Shown here: piece after piece, positions 63,184-64,000 of the stretch
How the letters are laid out: each line of letters opens with the position of its first letter
Position numbering within the stretch: the first letter of the stretch is position 1
From: Microthyrium microscopicum
Taxonomy: Eukaryota
Direction: 5' to 3'
DNA: 64,000 bases
Assembly (NCBI GenBank): GCA_010405405.1
Contig: MU004234.1
Location: forward strand, 1,453,275-1,517,274
Program-made: the position numbers and the translations under genes
Notes under the pieces: generated by a model
What the model was told of the DNA's origin: nothing
Database searches by the model: none
The model's input: only the letters and a program-made list of their open reading frames with translations

Positions 63184-64000
63184 TATCAGTTGCCGTGGCC
63201 TGAGTCAAGGGCCCCGAGGGTCCAGAGGGCTCCGATAATCCCATATCTGGGCCCTGAGCCTCCTCCATGTGACTCTTTGCTCTGTAGCCGACGGCCCTCT
63301 GCCACCACTAACTTCACACCTGATTACGGTGGCAACAACTGCTGCTTGTTGATACCATATCAATTCTTCAATGCTGCTCCTTATACAGCGCTTAAAAGCC
63401 AGCAATACTTGCCACTTTCTTTGGTCTGTAAGTTGGGCGAATCTTTACATAAGAGACACGGTGACCGGTTCGGTGTCCGATTAGGAACCGGCCTCAAGGC
63501 ATACTCTTATACTCCAAAGTCCAATGGCGACGAATGGATTATTGCATCTCAGGCTTCTTTTTTGGGGCCAGGCATTGGAGGAAGCCTGGTGAACCAGGAA
63601 CAGGCAGAAGAACGAGCATCGATTGGCATACGGATTCACAGGTCGTTGCAATCGAACAAGCACAAGGCGTACACAGTTTACAGCGCACAACGACAAATGC
63701 AGGCCAAAGGGCCAACAGTCATGAGGGTGGCAGCGTTGAACAAGGTCCCAGCCTTTTTGAATCGGGAAAATATGGAAACTGGCCGGTCCAGCTTCCGATT
63801 CGTCCTCGTGTCTCAACTCTTGATCCATACTGTCACTGCAACCGCATGCATGCTTTTACTCAACATTGAGATATCCCTTACAGGTATACTGACATTGTTA
63901 GCATCAAGTACAATGCCACAGATTAAGCTTTCTAGTAACGAGAAATTGTCAGGAAACAGATCAAGTCAGATCAATCAACCCGAGTCCCATCGGTTATTTT
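63184..64000 (+). CDS. Possible coding frame running off the window end (unknown product)
   Basis: Stop-free frame of ~272 codons, read by hand and absent from the ORF track; no early ATG and no recognisable motif. Confidence 0.25.

Overview
Gene-dense genomic DNA from a filamentous ascomycete (Pezizomycotina): short GT-AG introns with CTAAC-like branch points, and repeats mutated by repeat-induced point mutation (RIP). Conserved genes: a DUF202 membrane protein, a 6-phosphofructo-2-kinase-like protein, MAK5, a metallophosphoesterase, SSN3/CDK8, pyroglutamyl peptidase I, an NAAA/acid-ceramidase-like Ntn hydrolase, ARP2, flavohemoglobin, a TCO89-like protein, a HET-domain protein and ATG13. 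Four mobile elements can be delimited by eye. (1) A RIP-destroyed Ty1/Copia retrotransposon at 5201-13054 (295-bp LTRs, ACTGT target-site duplication, TSD) that appears to split a decayed gene. (2) A ~785-bp terminal-inverted-repeat (TIR) element nested at its gag/protease junction. (3) A RIP'd Mutator element at 36948-39983 (136-bp TIRs, 9-bp TSD). (4) A ~618-bp TA-flanked MITE upstream of ARP2. Also present are a P450-like pseudogene and a four-exon small secreted Cys protein beside the Mutator element. The least explained part is 46.8-49.1 kb: an intronless orphan ORF starting MGCGTS, between a degenerate upstream repeat array and a downstream array of four units rich in palindromes. All calls come from reading the sequence by eye; no database searches were run.
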